From: a virus
Lineage: Duplodnaviria; Caudoviricetes
Reading direction: 5' to 3' (one strand)
Length of the DNA stretch: 62,365 nucleotides
Virus record (IMG/VR): IMGVR_UViG_3300018868_000006
Coordinates: 1 to 62,365 of that record
The notes beneath the pieces are model-generated. The model saw nothing but the letters and a program-made list of their open reading frames with translations. It was not told the DNA's origin and searched no databases. A program made the translations under genes and the position numbers. This document shows, piece after piece, positions 47,694 to 56,813 of this stretch (its first letter is position 1; each line of letters opens with the position of its first letter).

Positions 47694-48188
47694 ATGGGCT
47701 TAGGTACGCAATCTCCTGGTGATCAGAAACTTCAGGCTCTCTTTGGTAAGGGAGTTTTATCTGGCAAGACGGGACTCATTGTCCAAGCCGCTTCTACGGC
47801 TGGGATAAGCCCCGAACTTTTTGCGGCTGTCATTGCTCACGAAACTGGTCGAGGGACAAGCAACGCTATTCAAAACTACAACAACCCCGCTGGGATTATG
47901 GATCCTAAAAGTAAATGGACTAAACTTAAGAAGTTTGATTCGTTGGGTGAGGGGTTGCTTTATTCGGCTAAGAACCTTAAGCGAAGGCTCGATCAGGTTG
48001 GTGGCGATGTGGATAAACTAGCTGATGTCTATGCCCCGAAAGGCGCGGCCAACGACCCAACAGGTTTGAACAACAACTGGTTGTCGGGGGTCAACAAATT
48101 CTACAGTGAACTTGCAACCAAAGAAACGCCTTCGGCCAATGTCGAGCAAGGTAGTAAGCCAGAACTAGCATCAACAGCCGCGAAATAA
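47694..48188 (+). CDS. Lysozyme-fold peptidoglycan hydrolase (glucosaminidase-like)
   Basis: AVIAHETG, NNPAGI, YAP..A.NDP...N..W motifs. Confidence 0.8.
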   Translation: MGLGTQSPGDQKLQALFGKGVLSGKTGLIVQAASTAGISPELFAAVIAHETGRGTSNAIQNYNNPAGIMDPKSKWTKLKKFDSLGEGLLYSAKNLKRRLDQVGGDVDKLADVYAPKGAANDPTGLNNNWLSGVNKFYSELATKETPSANVEQGSKPELASTAAK

Positions 48189-48218
48189 TAACTGGCGTTA
48201 GAACCGCCAGAAGAAAAA

Positions 48219-48512
48219 CTAGTCGTGCCATTTGATGGTTAGCTCAATGCCATCACCATTAAAATCTGGATCTGCCCATAGTTCGAAAGATTGATGCTTT
48301 TTGCATAAATCAATAAACTCTGACAAAGCCTTACGACTCACCTGGAACGACCCGTTGCCATCAAGAACGGCGGCACCGAGGAAAAACTTTAGAAGCTTTG
48401 TCCCGGCGTCACTTGCCCCATTAAGAAGGACAAGGTCAACTTCTTCTCTCTCTTCATCTTCGTCCTCCTCCCTAGGGCTAACTTCATCTATATCGTCGTA
48501 TTCGTCCACCAA
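48219..48512 (-). CDS. Acidic hypothetical protein
   Basis: 97 aa ORF with D/E-rich N-terminus. Confidence 0.55.
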   Translation of the reverse strand: MVDEYDDIDEVSPREEDEDEEREEVDLVLLNGASDAGTKLLKFFLGAAVLDGNGSFQVSRKALSEFIDLCKKHQSFELWADPDFNGDGIELTIKWHD

Positions 48513-48534
48513 ACAAGGTTGAGTCTATAACAAA

Positions 48535-48891
48535 GTGTGTCAAGATACCCAAGTGCGATTAAAAGATAAAACAATAACACCGCCAACTGGATTCTTCTAT
48601 AAAGACCACGATACCAAAGCAATTATTACTGCTGTCACATTTGATGAGTTGTTAGCGAATGTAAATCGCCACCGCCACCTAAACGGACTTGTCCTGAACG
48701 GAAACCAAGAGCAGATGATACACGATCAGATCTGCGACAAAATTGATAAGAGCTTATGTGAAGGTGTTGGGTTAGGGGACATCGTTCATACCTTTGCCCA
48801 ACCTATTGCAAAAGCTATCGACCAAGTCGCTGGCACAAACATCCAAAGTTGTGGAGCTTGTGCCAAGCGACGGGCGATGCTCAACTCCTAA
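48535..48891 (+). CDS. Cys-rich hypothetical protein
   Basis: GLGD.V...CGACAKRR..LN motif. Confidence 0.65.
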   Translation: MCQDTQVRLKDKTITPPTGFFYKDHDTKAIITAVTFDELLANVNRHRHLNGLVLNGNQEQMIHDQICDKIDKSLCEGVGLGDIVHTFAQPIAKAIDQVAGTNIQSCGACAKRRAMLNS

Positions 48892-48893
48892 AT

Positions 48894-49202
48894 CTAAGGT
48901 TCAATAACTGGAGTTACCTCGAAGGGAGCGGTAAACTCAATCGGTGTGATTAGGCTTGGAGTCAAAAGAAGTAGGGTGCTTGCCTTTAGGCCAACACCAT
49001 AATCGTTTGATACGCTACCCAAGAAGTCAGGACTCCCAATAGGTCCGTAATCATTGTTGGGTGAATTGAGGAACTCTGGCGAACCCCAAGGTCCGTAGTC
49101 ATTAGCTGTTGAATATAGCAGATCTGGGTTGGCCGAGATCAAAACTTCCTGAGCCACAAGCGGGCTGGCAAGAGTCGCTATCATCAAAAGAATCTTTACC
49201 AT
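48894..49202 (-). CDS. Exported protein with NDYG repeats
   Basis: Signal peptide; three S..NDYG(P.GSP) repeats. Confidence 0.6.
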   Translation of the reverse strand: MVKILLMIATLASPLVAQEVLISANPDLLYSTANDYGPWGSPEFLNSPNNDYGPIGSPDFLGSVSNDYGVGLKASTLLLLTPSLITPIEFTAPFEVTPVIEP

Positions 49203-49429
49203 TGGTTCTCCTTTCCTTCATTGAAGATATCCTCCCACGATATAGGTAGGGTCTTTTCTTTGGTCGGCCACTCTCGATCGATCTCGAGTTGTAACCAATC
49301 CATACAGACTCCAGCAGATTCCACGGCACACTCCTTGTGGCCGTGTTCGCAAACGTGGGTGGCAGGTTCATCCGCTCCCCACATCCAGTAACCTAGTTTA
49401 TCTTCTCTAGTCTTTAGTTCTTCTTTCAA
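49196..49429 (-). CDS. Hypothetical protein
   Basis: 77 aa, C/H cluster. Confidence 0.5.
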   Translation of the reverse strand: MKEELKTREDKLGYWMWGADEPATHVCEHGHKECAVESAGVCMDWLQLEIDREWPTKEKTLPISWEDIFNEGKENQW

Positions 49430-49430
49430 G

Positions 49431-49811
49431 TTATCCTTTTGTTAACGGGTCTTGTCCAAACGCAACGACCATATCGTACCAGAATTGGCAGTAAGCGTTG
49501 AGCTTATGCTTCTGGTGTTTGGACTCCCCAATCATTCCCTTAAAGCTGGTGTAATCCACAGAGTTGCCAAGCCTTGCTAACACCTTGGGCAAGTCATTCG
49601 GGTGGATGAAGATGCGGTAAGTATAATCCACATCTTCACGCATTGAGATCTCGGGGGTGATCTTGAGGGATAATCCCCGGATCTCATTGATCAGTCTCTT
49701 CATATCGTCTTCGCTTCGTCCTCGAACATGAATCACGGATTCATACTCTGGGAACTGATAAGCTTTCTTGTTCGACATCGAATAAAAACCGAACTTGGTT
49801 GCTATCCACAT
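49431..49811 (-). CDS. Conserved phage hypothetical protein
   Basis: MWI.T..GFYS...VRGR...DY.YR...VDY.SFK. Confidence 0.7.
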   Translation of the reverse strand: MWIATKFGFYSMSNKKAYQFPEYESVIHVRGRSEDDMKRLINEIRGLSLKITPEISMREDVDYTYRIFIHPNDLPKVLARLGNSVDYTSFKGMIGESKHQKHKLNAYCQFWYDMVVAFGQDPLTKG

Positions 49812-51643
49812 ATTGATGCCTCCTTAATTTTGTTGCCGATCCATTCCATGCAGGGAACTGCCATCGAATTCCCTAACGCTTTGTAGCGTGGACCGTCGGG
49901 GCATTGATCGGCTGGCTTACCCCTCCAAGGAATTAGTGTATGCTCATCTGGAAATCCTTGCAAACGCTCGCACTCTTTGGGGGTGAGGCGGCGGACTGCC
50001 ATTCTGTCTGCTGGATTAATCACACCTCCCGTATGATTAATGTCAGAGGCAGAGGATGAAAGTGTCTGCGAAGTATGATTGATTGTCTTGTTGTAACAAT
50101 CAACCGCAACAGCCACTTGGTTATCCCCCATTTCCTTCCGTAAGGTAGGGGACATCTCCTTCACGAATCTGCTTTCGTTGCCCTCTCTGGATGCAATACC
50201 AGGTTCAAAGGCAATTGCCTCTTGAACAAGTGGGACATTCCCACCGCCTGTTCCGTACCTTGAAACACAAGACGGGGCAACATCGAGGGGTCCAGTAACT
50301 CGAGAGTCATTGGGGTGATTCTCATATAGGACTGCATGCTTGTCGCCCTTGGTCAGGGTGGGGCAGGGGTCACCTGGCTTACCGATACCTAGCCCGTTAC
50401 CTTTGCCGTCTTGCTTGTCGCCACGCTTGCCAGCATTTCTGGTGGCTTGGTCGTGGATAGGGATAGCAACGGCGTGGGGTCCTCGGGCTACCAGAGGATC
50501 CATTGTTTCGCATTGCTCAATGTGCGGTTTGTACTGAGCGTTCTCGCCTTGGTTAAAGGCAGCACGATCAATCACAATAGGAGACCCAACTAAACCAGAT
50601 CCCCCTTGGGAAAATAGTTCTTGGTTGGAGTAACCGATTGTTCTTCCTGAGCTAGATCCACCCGATTGCATTATTGTTGGATGAACTCCTGAGCCATCCC
50701 AATGAGACTTCTTTGTGGCAACCAAGTCGGTAGCATCCTTGTAATCCCTAGCCTTCATCGTGGATGCCGAGCCGTCATCGGTATATTCCCCAAAGGCTTG
50801 CATCCTAAACGCAGTAGCTTGTTGAACAGCCGTGATCTCGCTTATTGCTTCTGAGCTACATCCTCCTCGGCTCCCTTTGCATTGGGTGATTGTCGGACTG
50901 ACAATGCTAGCCTCGAGAACAGCATTAACTTGCTGGGTTACTTCGCTTGATTGGGGGCTTCGGCTTGGGTCGTTACTAGCTGTAAGGCTTGGCGCAACAT
51001 TGGGGGCAATTCCTTTCCTCGTTTCTCGGCTCGGCGCAGTATCCCTGCGCAAGCCTTCCCACTCAAATAGAACCTTGGCTGGATCTCCTTGGTCTCGAGG
51101 ACATGCGACAAGGAAACAACGCTTGCGTCGTTGGGCCACACCGAAATATTGGGCGTCAAGGCATCGCCAAGCGATTGACCTTTTGGGACCATACACACAA
51201 CCTGCGTCTGCCCATTTTTCCCCTGGCGGTTTGAGTTCACCATCTTCCCCGGCAAGTGCTCCCAGAAAGCAACCGAACCCGTTGTCCCTTGAGGAAAGGA
51301 CACCGGGGACGTTCTCCCAGAGGATCCACTTTGGGTTGAAGTGATCTGCGATGTTGACGAAGGTGAGTGAGAGACCACCTCTTGGGTCGGCCAATCCTTT
51401 CCTGAGTCCCGCGACGCTGAACGCTTGACACGGTGTTCCTCCGACCAAAACGTCAATTGCTTCTTCGAATTTCCATGATTCATATTTAGTCATATCTCCT
51501 AGGTTGGGAACCTCTGGCCAGTGGTGCTTCAGCACCGCTGACGGGAAAGGTTCGATTTCTGAAAAGGCGACGGGCTTCCACCCAAGTTTCTCCCAGGCAA
51601 CGGAGGCCGCCTCAATGCCTGAACAAACAGACAAGTATCTCAT
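49802..51643 (-). CDS. dcm: C5 DNA cytosine methyltransferase with expanded variable region
   Basis: CSGIEA, GGTPCQAFS, ENVPG, QRRKR, RRLTPKECERLQGFP, LGNS. Confidence 0.95.
   Translation of the reverse strand: MRYLSVCSGIEAASVAWEKLGWKPVAFSEIEPFPSAVLKHHWPEVPNLGDMTKYESWKFEEAIDVLVGGTPCQAFSVAGLRKGLADPRGGLSLTFVNIADHFNPKWILWENVPGVLSSRDNGFGCFLGALAGEDGELKPPGEKWADAGCVYGPKRSIAWRCLDAQYFGVAQRRKRCFLVACPRDQGDPAKVLFEWEGLRRDTAPSRETRKGIAPNVAPSLTASNDPSRSPQSSEVTQQVNAVLEASIVSPTITQCKGSRGGCSSEAISEITAVQQATAFRMQAFGEYTDDGSASTMKARDYKDATDLVATKKSHWDGSGVHPTIMQSGGSSSGRTIGYSNQELFSQGGSGLVGSPIVIDRAAFNQGENAQYKPHIEQCETMDPLVARGPHAVAIPIHDQATRNAGKRGDKQDGKGNGLGIGKPGDPCPTLTKGDKHAVLYENHPNDSRVTGPLDVAPSCVSRYGTGGGNVPLVQEAIAFEPGIASREGNESRFVKEMSPTLRKEMGDNQVAVAVDCYNKTINHTSQTLSSSASDINHTGGVINPADRMAVRRLTPKECERLQGFPDEHTLIPWRGKPADQCPDGPRYKALGNSMAVPCMEWIGNKIKEASICG
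50938..51483 (-). CDS. Nested alternative-frame ORF inside the methyltransferase (M.EcoHK31I beta-like arrangement)
   Basis: 181-codon open frame ending SLSHVLE...FYLSGKACAGILRRAEKRGKELP. Confidence 0.6.
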   Translation of the reverse strand: MNHGNSKKQLTFWSEEHRVKRSASRDSGKDWPTQEVVSHSPSSTSQITSTQSGSSGRTSPVSFPQGTTGSVAFWEHLPGKMVNSNRQGKNGQTQVVCMVPKGQSLGDALTPNISVWPNDASVVSLSHVLETKEIQPRFYLSGKACAGILRRAEKRGKELPPMLRQALQLVTTQAEAPNQAK

Positions 51644-52359
51644 GCGGTTACTGCCTTTCTGGAGTAGCCAGTAAAGCCACTCTTCTTTCGTAGTAAGCTC
51701 CTAGCCTTGGATGCTTCCGACCCAGCGGGCTGTGTCCCGTGGATCAAGAGAGCAAACGATTTCTCGTTGGGTCCGTAGGCAAGGCTGTCATCGTGATCGA
51801 TCTCAAGGCCGCGGATGTTTGCGTCCTCTTCGCTGAAGGCCACATACGAAGTCTTGAGGTTGTGCTTAATGGCTAGGTCATCGTGAGTTCCGCCAAGGCT
51901 GGCAGTCAGCCGAATGTTTGACGGCAATTTGTCAAGACGAGCCAACCAAAAAGGAATCGATTTGGTGTAGGCGTAAAACAAAACGTGAGGGTTTCTGTTG
52001 GCAACCTCAAGCCAAGCGTCGAAGTAGGCTAGGCTAAAGAAGTCTCCACCTTCGTGAATCCGAACACGCTTGGCTTTCTTGGGCAGTGCCGAAGAAAGCA
52101 AGTCAGCCATCTCGAGGGTAGTCTTGTGGTGTAACGATGCGAGATTAGCCCACCGCATCTTTCTTGCATTCTCATATTGGCTTTCGCCAGACGAAGAGAA
52201 GCAACGAAACTTTGTGTGCGGTCCGTCAGTAATCTTGCCAGTAACTGGGTGAGCCTTCGACAAACACTCCTTGGCACAAGGGCAGGTGTGCCCAGCGGGG
52301 AGGTTGAAGATGTGCGTACCCTTAAGCTTAGCATTACCTTTGACGTATCTTGGACTCAT
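51640..52359 (-). CDS. Gp88 family (radical-SAM-like) protein
   Basis: GNAKL, FNLPAG.TCP...C...C, RIHEGGDF, FYAYTK. Confidence 0.8.
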   Translation of the reverse strand: MSPRYVKGNAKLKGTHIFNLPAGHTCPCAKECLSKAHPVTGKITDGPHTKFRCFSSSGESQYENARKMRWANLASLHHKTTLEMADLLSSALPKKAKRVRIHEGGDFFSLAYFDAWLEVANRNPHVLFYAYTKSIPFWLARLDKLPSNIRLTASLGGTHDDLAIKHNLKTSYVAFSEEDANIRGLEIDHDDSLAYGPNEKSFALLIHGTQPAGSEASKARSLLRKKSGFTGYSRKAVTA

Positions 52360-52676
52360 AAGGATGGGACTTGCTGAACACGAAACGTTGGGAAGGTTGC
52401 TTCTGTGTAGCACCCATCCACGAGGGTGGCGGGTTCTTTGACACCGACGGCTGAGAGAACTTCGATTAGTTTGTAAACGTCTAATGTTCTCTTCATTCCA
52501 TCGGATGCCTTAACGATCCACGAGTTACCCTCGAAGAGTCGGTTGCCCGTCTCCTGGTAGGTAAGCTTGAGGATGGGGAGTACTGCTTCCCGTACTTTCT
52601 CTGCTTGGTTTCTCTTGGCGGTTGCTTCGCCAAACGTGTCGATCTGTTCCGTGGTTAACGGAATTATAGATTTCAT
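52356..52676 (-). CDS. Hypothetical protein
   Basis: SD GAAAGGA; ATGA overlap with Gp88. Confidence 0.6.
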   Translation of the reverse strand: MKSIIPLTTEQIDTFGEATAKRNQAEKVREAVLPILKLTYQETGNRLFEGNSWIVKASDGMKRTLDVYKLIEVLSAVGVKEPATLVDGCYTEATFPTFRVQQVPSL

Positions 52677-52695
52677 TGTGGTGTCCTTTCTTTGG

Positions 52696-53184
52696 TTAAG
52701 CGGCAAGGCGTAGGCGATGAGGCTTCTGCCTCATATGTCTCTTACGACCTAGGAATAATTGGATATCCCTCGGTTGTTCCTTGCTTTTGGGTTTCTTGCA
52801 AACGGATGCGGTGAAGTTCTTAGCCTTGGCGTGTCGAACGGTGTGGGTGTTGACGCCCCACTTCCTTGCAATTTCGGAGATGGGTTTGCCAGCCTTGTAC
52901 ATTTCTTCCCACTCTTTCCATCGTTTCGATACGCTTGCCACATCCCGGTAGTACGTCTCCGAACCCTTGACGTTGACAAAGGTTGTATGAGATGTCCGTA
53001 CCTTGAGATGCTCAGCAAGTTCCTTGGCTAGATCTTCAGTAACCTTGCGGTAGCTGGCCAAGTCTTGTTCAGTTTTAAGAACAAGGTTGGTGAGGGTGGA
53101 TAGAGTACCTCGGAGCTGGTCGATCTCGTTCTTGAGGATCGGTACTTCCGATTGCTCTACTAGTTTCTTTAGTGTTTCTTTCAT
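52696..53184 (-). CDS. Coiled-coil plus HTH protein
   Basis: GKPISEIARKWGVNTHTVRH. Confidence 0.7.
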   Translation of the reverse strand: MKETLKKLVEQSEVPILKNEIDQLRGTLSTLTNLVLKTEQDLASYRKVTEDLAKELAEHLKVRTSHTTFVNVKGSETYYRDVASVSKRWKEWEEMYKAGKPISEIARKWGVNTHTVRHAKAKNFTASVCKKPKSKEQPRDIQLFLGRKRHMRQKPHRLRLAA

Positions 53185-53193
53185 ATTTCTCCT

Positions 53194-53382
53194 TTAATAG
53201 TTGTCAACCTTGCGAAGCTTTCTGCAAACACTTCTCAGGTCATTTGCAATTTCACGCCAGGTTGTTGCATCTCTTTTCCATTTCTTTATCTGGTCACTAG
53301 CACCAGAACTTCTTTCCAAACCTTGTGCAGATGCGTCACAAAGTTTCGCCAAGTAATTTACATCGCTTCCAAGTCTTCTCAT
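53194..53382 (-). CDS. Hypothetical protein
   Basis: Packed early-gene ORF. Confidence 0.55.
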   Translation of the reverse strand: MRRLGSDVNYLAKLCDASAQGLERSSGASDQIKKWKRDATTWREIANDLRSVCRKLRKVDNY

Positions 53383-53564
53383 TTGGTTTTACCTTTGAGA
53401 AACAATTGTTCAACAAGGTGTACCATCCCTTGCCAATACCCAACGTCGTAGCTCATATAACAGGAAGACATTCTTGTCCCTTCGGAGTTCTCAAGAACAT
53501 CTTCTGCTTTCTTAAGCTTTTCCTTAAAGGTCTTATATATTTCACCCACTTGTTTCTTTGTCAT
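53379..53564 (-). CDS. Hypothetical protein
   Basis: SD GGAGG. Confidence 0.6.
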   Translation of the reverse strand: MTKKQVGEIYKTFKEKLKKAEDVLENSEGTRMSSCYMSYDVGYWQGMVHLVEQLFLKGKTK

Positions 53565-53731
53565 AGTTCCTCCCTATTCCTTTACGAACGGAAAAGCTTT
53601 TTCCATTTCGTCGATTGATCTTTGATGTGCTTTCCAATCGTGGACTTCTATGTCGTCCCGATCTCTTGCTTGCTTGGCTCCAATCAAGTCACAGTAGGCG
53701 CAAGTGATTGCTAGCTTCTGTTCTTTTGTGA

Positions 53732-54055
53732 TCACGACTTCTCCGTGGCTATCTCTTCAGCCTTCTCTTGTGTCTTCTCGAACAACGCCTCCTGCGCTGC
53801 TTCGATAAGGGCGGGTGATGGGTCGGTGAGGGGAGTGTCCGATCCAGCGGGGTAGATGTCGGGGGTAATGAACTCAGCTTCTGAGTACTCACTTACCTCG
53901 ACAATCTTGCTGTCGTATTCACGATGTCCCCAGTATTCGTAGCTACCGATACCAACATCCTCTGATGTCGTGTTGTGGACGACTCCACCAATGGCTTGAT
54001 ACGAAGCCCCTTGGTATCGGAAGTCAGCCTCTGCGTAGTCGATGTCGATTCTCAT
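53732..54055 (-). CDS. Acidic hypothetical protein
   Basis: SD AAAGGAG; GIGSYEYWG motif. Confidence 0.65.
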   Translation of the reverse strand: MRIDIDYAEADFRYQGASYQAIGGVVHNTTSEDVGIGSYEYWGHREYDSKIVEVSEYSEAEFITPDIYPAGSDTPLTDPSPALIEAAQEALFEKTQEKAEEIATEKS

Positions 54056-54122
54056 TAGGGTTACTCCTTTCGTGTGGTTATGTATGGTCCTGTCGTGACA
54101 AGAAAATGTCAAGACAAATGGT

Positions 54123-54392
54123 TTAGATGTGTTCGAGTATTTCTCCGATAGCCTCCATTGTGGGCATTACGGGTATGCCCTTGTTGTTCACACTCAAACC
54201 ACCCTTACCACCGAAGTATTTATTGAAGGCTCGTTCCACAATGCCGAACTCTGCTGTTCTGTATTCAATACCCATGTCCTTCAATTCCCTTGCAATATCA
54301 GCAATGCCAAGATTCCAATCCCATTCTTCGCATCGTTTCAGCCACTTGGCCTCTAGCTCTTTCGTCTTCTTATCTTTTAATGTTGTGTCCAT
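54123..54392 (-). CDS. Hypothetical protein
   Basis: SD AAAGGAG. Confidence 0.6.
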   Translation of the reverse strand: MDTTLKDKKTKELEAKWLKRCEEWDWNLGIADIARELKDMGIEYRTAEFGIVERAFNKYFGGKGGLSVNNKGIPVMPTMEAIGEILEHI

Positions 54393-54418
54393 ATATCTCC
54401 TTTATTGTTTTTAGTTAA

Positions 54419-54590
54419 GCGACTCCTAGCGTTTGCCATGACCGCTCTCCCATGCATGGAATTGGATTGCTCCAGAAGCTCACGGCTCAATACCCAAGCT
54501 TTTTAATGAAAGGTGCGGAGCCTTTCGCTTGGTTCACTTTGAGTCCAACTATCCCGCGAGTAGTTGGCACAACGCTACGCTAGGAATCAC
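54419..54590 (-). ncRNA. Candidate structured non-coding RNA
   Basis: 14-bp closing stem with G-U pairs only on the minus strand, enclosing three stem-loop arms; no ORF of 60 aa or more. Confidence 0.65.
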
Positions 54591-54598
54591 CTCATGTT

Positions 54599-54910
54599 TT
54601 AGTTGGAAGCTCCGTTGCGGCCATCGCTTAAGCCAAGCTTGCTCAAGCTCATAGCGTAGAAGAATCCCCCAACAAGCTCACCGAGCAAGGCGATGTCGTC
54701 GGCATTGCTAGGTTCTGTCTTACGCAATTCCTTGTAGGCAATGGCACAAGCTTGACCCAAGACATACTTGCCACGGATATCTTTGAATAGTTCTACTGCA
54801 CTTGCCCGTCTCTCTTCATCTTTCAAACCTTTGTATTTGCTCTGGTAGTTCTTTGCGTAATCTCTGAGTGAAGCTTCTAGTTTACGTTTCGATACTTTCT
54901 TTTTCTTCAT
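54599..54910 (-). CDS. Hypothetical basic protein
   Basis: SD AAAGGAG. Confidence 0.6.
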   Translation of the reverse strand: MKKKKVSKRKLEASLRDYAKNYQSKYKGLKDEERRASAVELFKDIRGKYVLGQACAIAYKELRKTEPSNADDIALLGELVGGFFYAMSLSKLGLSDGRNGASN

Positions 54911-54931
54911 AGGTTTCTCCTTTGTTGTTAG

Positions 54932-55189
54932 TTATTTCTGTTTGTCTTCAGCTACTAGCTTGTCGATTAACTCTATGTCTTCGTCTGAAAACGGCAGAGT
55001 TGTTCCGACCACAAGCGGGATATGCCCACCTGAAACACGGCTAATCATCGCATCGATACAGGACAAGCCATTGAGAACGCAGTCAGTTATCTCAATCAAA
55101 GCTGCCCGCTTGGACGTATCTGGTCGGCGGTCTGCAATATGTTTTCGCAAGTCCTCGTTATCGATTTCAATACTGAGTTGTATCTTCAT
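54932..55189 (-). CDS. Hypothetical protein
   Basis: Packed early-gene ORF. Confidence 0.55.
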   Translation of the reverse strand: MKIQLSIEIDNEDLRKHIADRRPDTSKRAALIEITDCVLNGLSCIDAMISRVSGGHIPLVVGTTLPFSDEDIELIDKLVAEDKQK

Positions 55190-55365
55190 TTGATTTCATC
55201 TACTCCTGTAACTTCCCAATCGTCGCACCAAGTGTGTTCTCTTTTCCACAAAGCCCCATCGATTTCATCGGCTTTGTCTCGTGCTTCGTATCGGTCTTTG
55301 GCTTTAACCTCAATTTCAAACTGCTGACTCTGGGTAGCTGTTACTCTCCATCTTTTTAATTTCAT
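55186..55365 (-). CDS. 59-aa hypothetical protein (DpnD/PcfM-like pattern; not in ORF track)
   Basis: WRVT...EIEVKAKDRYEARDKA; SD AAAGGAG. Confidence 0.55.
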   Translation of the reverse strand: MKLKRWRVTATQSQQFEIEVKAKDRYEARDKADEIDGALWKREHTWCDDWEVTGVDEIK

Positions 55366-55379
55366 TTAGTTATCTCCTT

Positions 55380-55748
55380 TCAATAGAAGTCGAAATGGCT
55401 GGGTGTGTCAGATGGGACAACCCGGTAGCCCTTCTTGGGGTAACCTATTTGTCGGGCTTCTGCCAACGCTTCTTTCTTAGTTTCGTAAAAACAATCTTTG
55501 TATATATCTGTGTCATCGTCGCAACATTTGATGTCGCCCCAATCTCCGTAGACGCTTTGATCCTGGATCTTCCACATCTTCTTCTTCTTGGGTTTCATCA
55601 GAATGTCGCACTTGGATAATTCAGCCTCTCCGTCCAACCGAATGATAATCTTGGCTTTCGCAAAGCTATGGTTGTCGGTGAGGTAGACAGCTCCACCCGT
55701 AGTTACGTGGCGATGTAGTGTTATCTTTGTAGGTATCTTCTGTTTCAT
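55380..55748 (-). CDS. Hypothetical protein
   Basis: Packed early-gene ORF. Confidence 0.55.
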   Translation of the reverse strand: MKQKIPTKITLHRHVTTGGAVYLTDNHSFAKAKIIIRLDGEAELSKCDILMKPKKKKMWKIQDQSVYGDWGDIKCCDDDTDIYKDCFYETKKEALAEARQIGYPKKGYRVVPSDTPSHFDFY

Positions 55749-55960
55749 TTCCTACCTTTCTTGGGAACGATCCCAACTTTCTGCCCGAGGAAATCAATGT
55801 GGATGACATTCATGTTGTGCCTCTCGCACCACACTTGCATCCCCTCCTTGCTGAACCCAACGTTCAGTCTTGCCCAGCTTGCTGGGCTTTCTCCATCGGG
55901 TATACATTCAAGACACTTCTTACAATGGTAGAACCTTACGATGTCGGATTGTGCTTTCAT
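55745..55960 (-). CDS. Small Zn-binding hypothetical protein
   Basis: HCKKC...QVWC.RH. Confidence 0.65.
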   Translation of the reverse strand: MKAQSDIVRFYHCKKCLECIPDGESPASWARLNVGFSKEGMQVWCERHNMNVIHIDFLGQKVGIVPKKGRK

Positions 55961-55973
55961 TGTATTGTTGCTA

Positions 55974-56207
55974 CTACCGCAAGCCTCCGTCGTAAGCCTT
56001 GCCTATTTCAACTTCGTATACGTAACCACTATAATACTCAAACGAAGTCTTGAAGTTTGTGCTTTCGTCTGGTCGTCCGTCTTTCCATATCCGATAGCTT
56101 CTTTTCATTGTCTCCATAACTTCTTTCTTTGAATTACCGAGACAGCTAATGCCGTAGCCGAATATCTCTGGTATCTCTCCGTACCATAATTTGTTTTTTG
56201 ACTTCAT
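55974..56207 (-). CDS. Hypothetical protein
   Basis: ATGA overlap with upstream gene. Confidence 0.55.
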   Translation of the reverse strand: MKSKNKLWYGEIPEIFGYGISCLGNSKKEVMETMKRSYRIWKDGRPDESTNFKTSFEYYSGYVYEVEIGKAYDGGLR

Positions 56208-56422
56208 TGTATTGTCGCTACTCCTTGGTTGATTGTTACGTTGCTTGCCCATCCACGAATGACGCAGCGTGGTTGTGACCGACGCTCGTGGCTTTCGCAG
56301 GGGGTCTGGATCTTGATGTTACGAACTAAATGGCAGACGTCTTTGTAGTGCAAGGTCATAACCGTATGACCTTTCTGTCTGCTCGCTGGCTTGTTGTAGT
56401 GGACGAACCATCTGGATTTCAT
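56204..56422 (-). CDS. Conserved small phage protein
   Basis: HYNKP...TLHYK..C...QP..V..G. Confidence 0.65.
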   Translation of the reverse strand: MKSRWFVHYNKPASRQKGHTVMTLHYKDVCHLVRNIKIQTPCESHERRSQPRCVIRGWASNVTINQGVATIQ

Positions 56423-56431
56423 ATGTGTTGC

Positions 56432-56674
56432 TTACAATCCGTCAGTTCCGTTTGACTCCATCGCCTCTCGCTCTAGGTAATCGGCTTCTATCTTTTTAGT
56501 AGTGAAGCGATCTGCCCAAGAGTATTCATCGCAAGCACAATCAGCTCCGCACTTAATGACTTTGCTTCCGTCTTTGTGGGACAACTCAAAGGTAAGATGT
56601 CCGTCGACATCAACAGCAAAGACTACTTCCCAATCTTTGATGGTGTATTGATGGTAGGTTTGTAGGTCGCTCAT
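56432..56674 (-). CDS. Hypothetical protein
   Basis: Packed early-gene ORF. Confidence 0.55.
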   Translation of the reverse strand: MSDLQTYHQYTIKDWEVVFAVDVDGHLTFELSHKDGSKVIKCGADCACDEYSWADRFTTKKIEADYLEREAMESNGTDGL

Positions 56675-56813
56675 CGGTCTTTCTTCAGCTTGAGGATTTC
56701 TTCCTTAAGCTTCTCGTTCTCAAGCCTCAACTTCTCGGACTTAAGGTCGTAGTATTCACGAGCACTCTCAGCCGCTACTTGCGATGACATCTGTGCCCGC
56801 CATTGGCCGAAGG

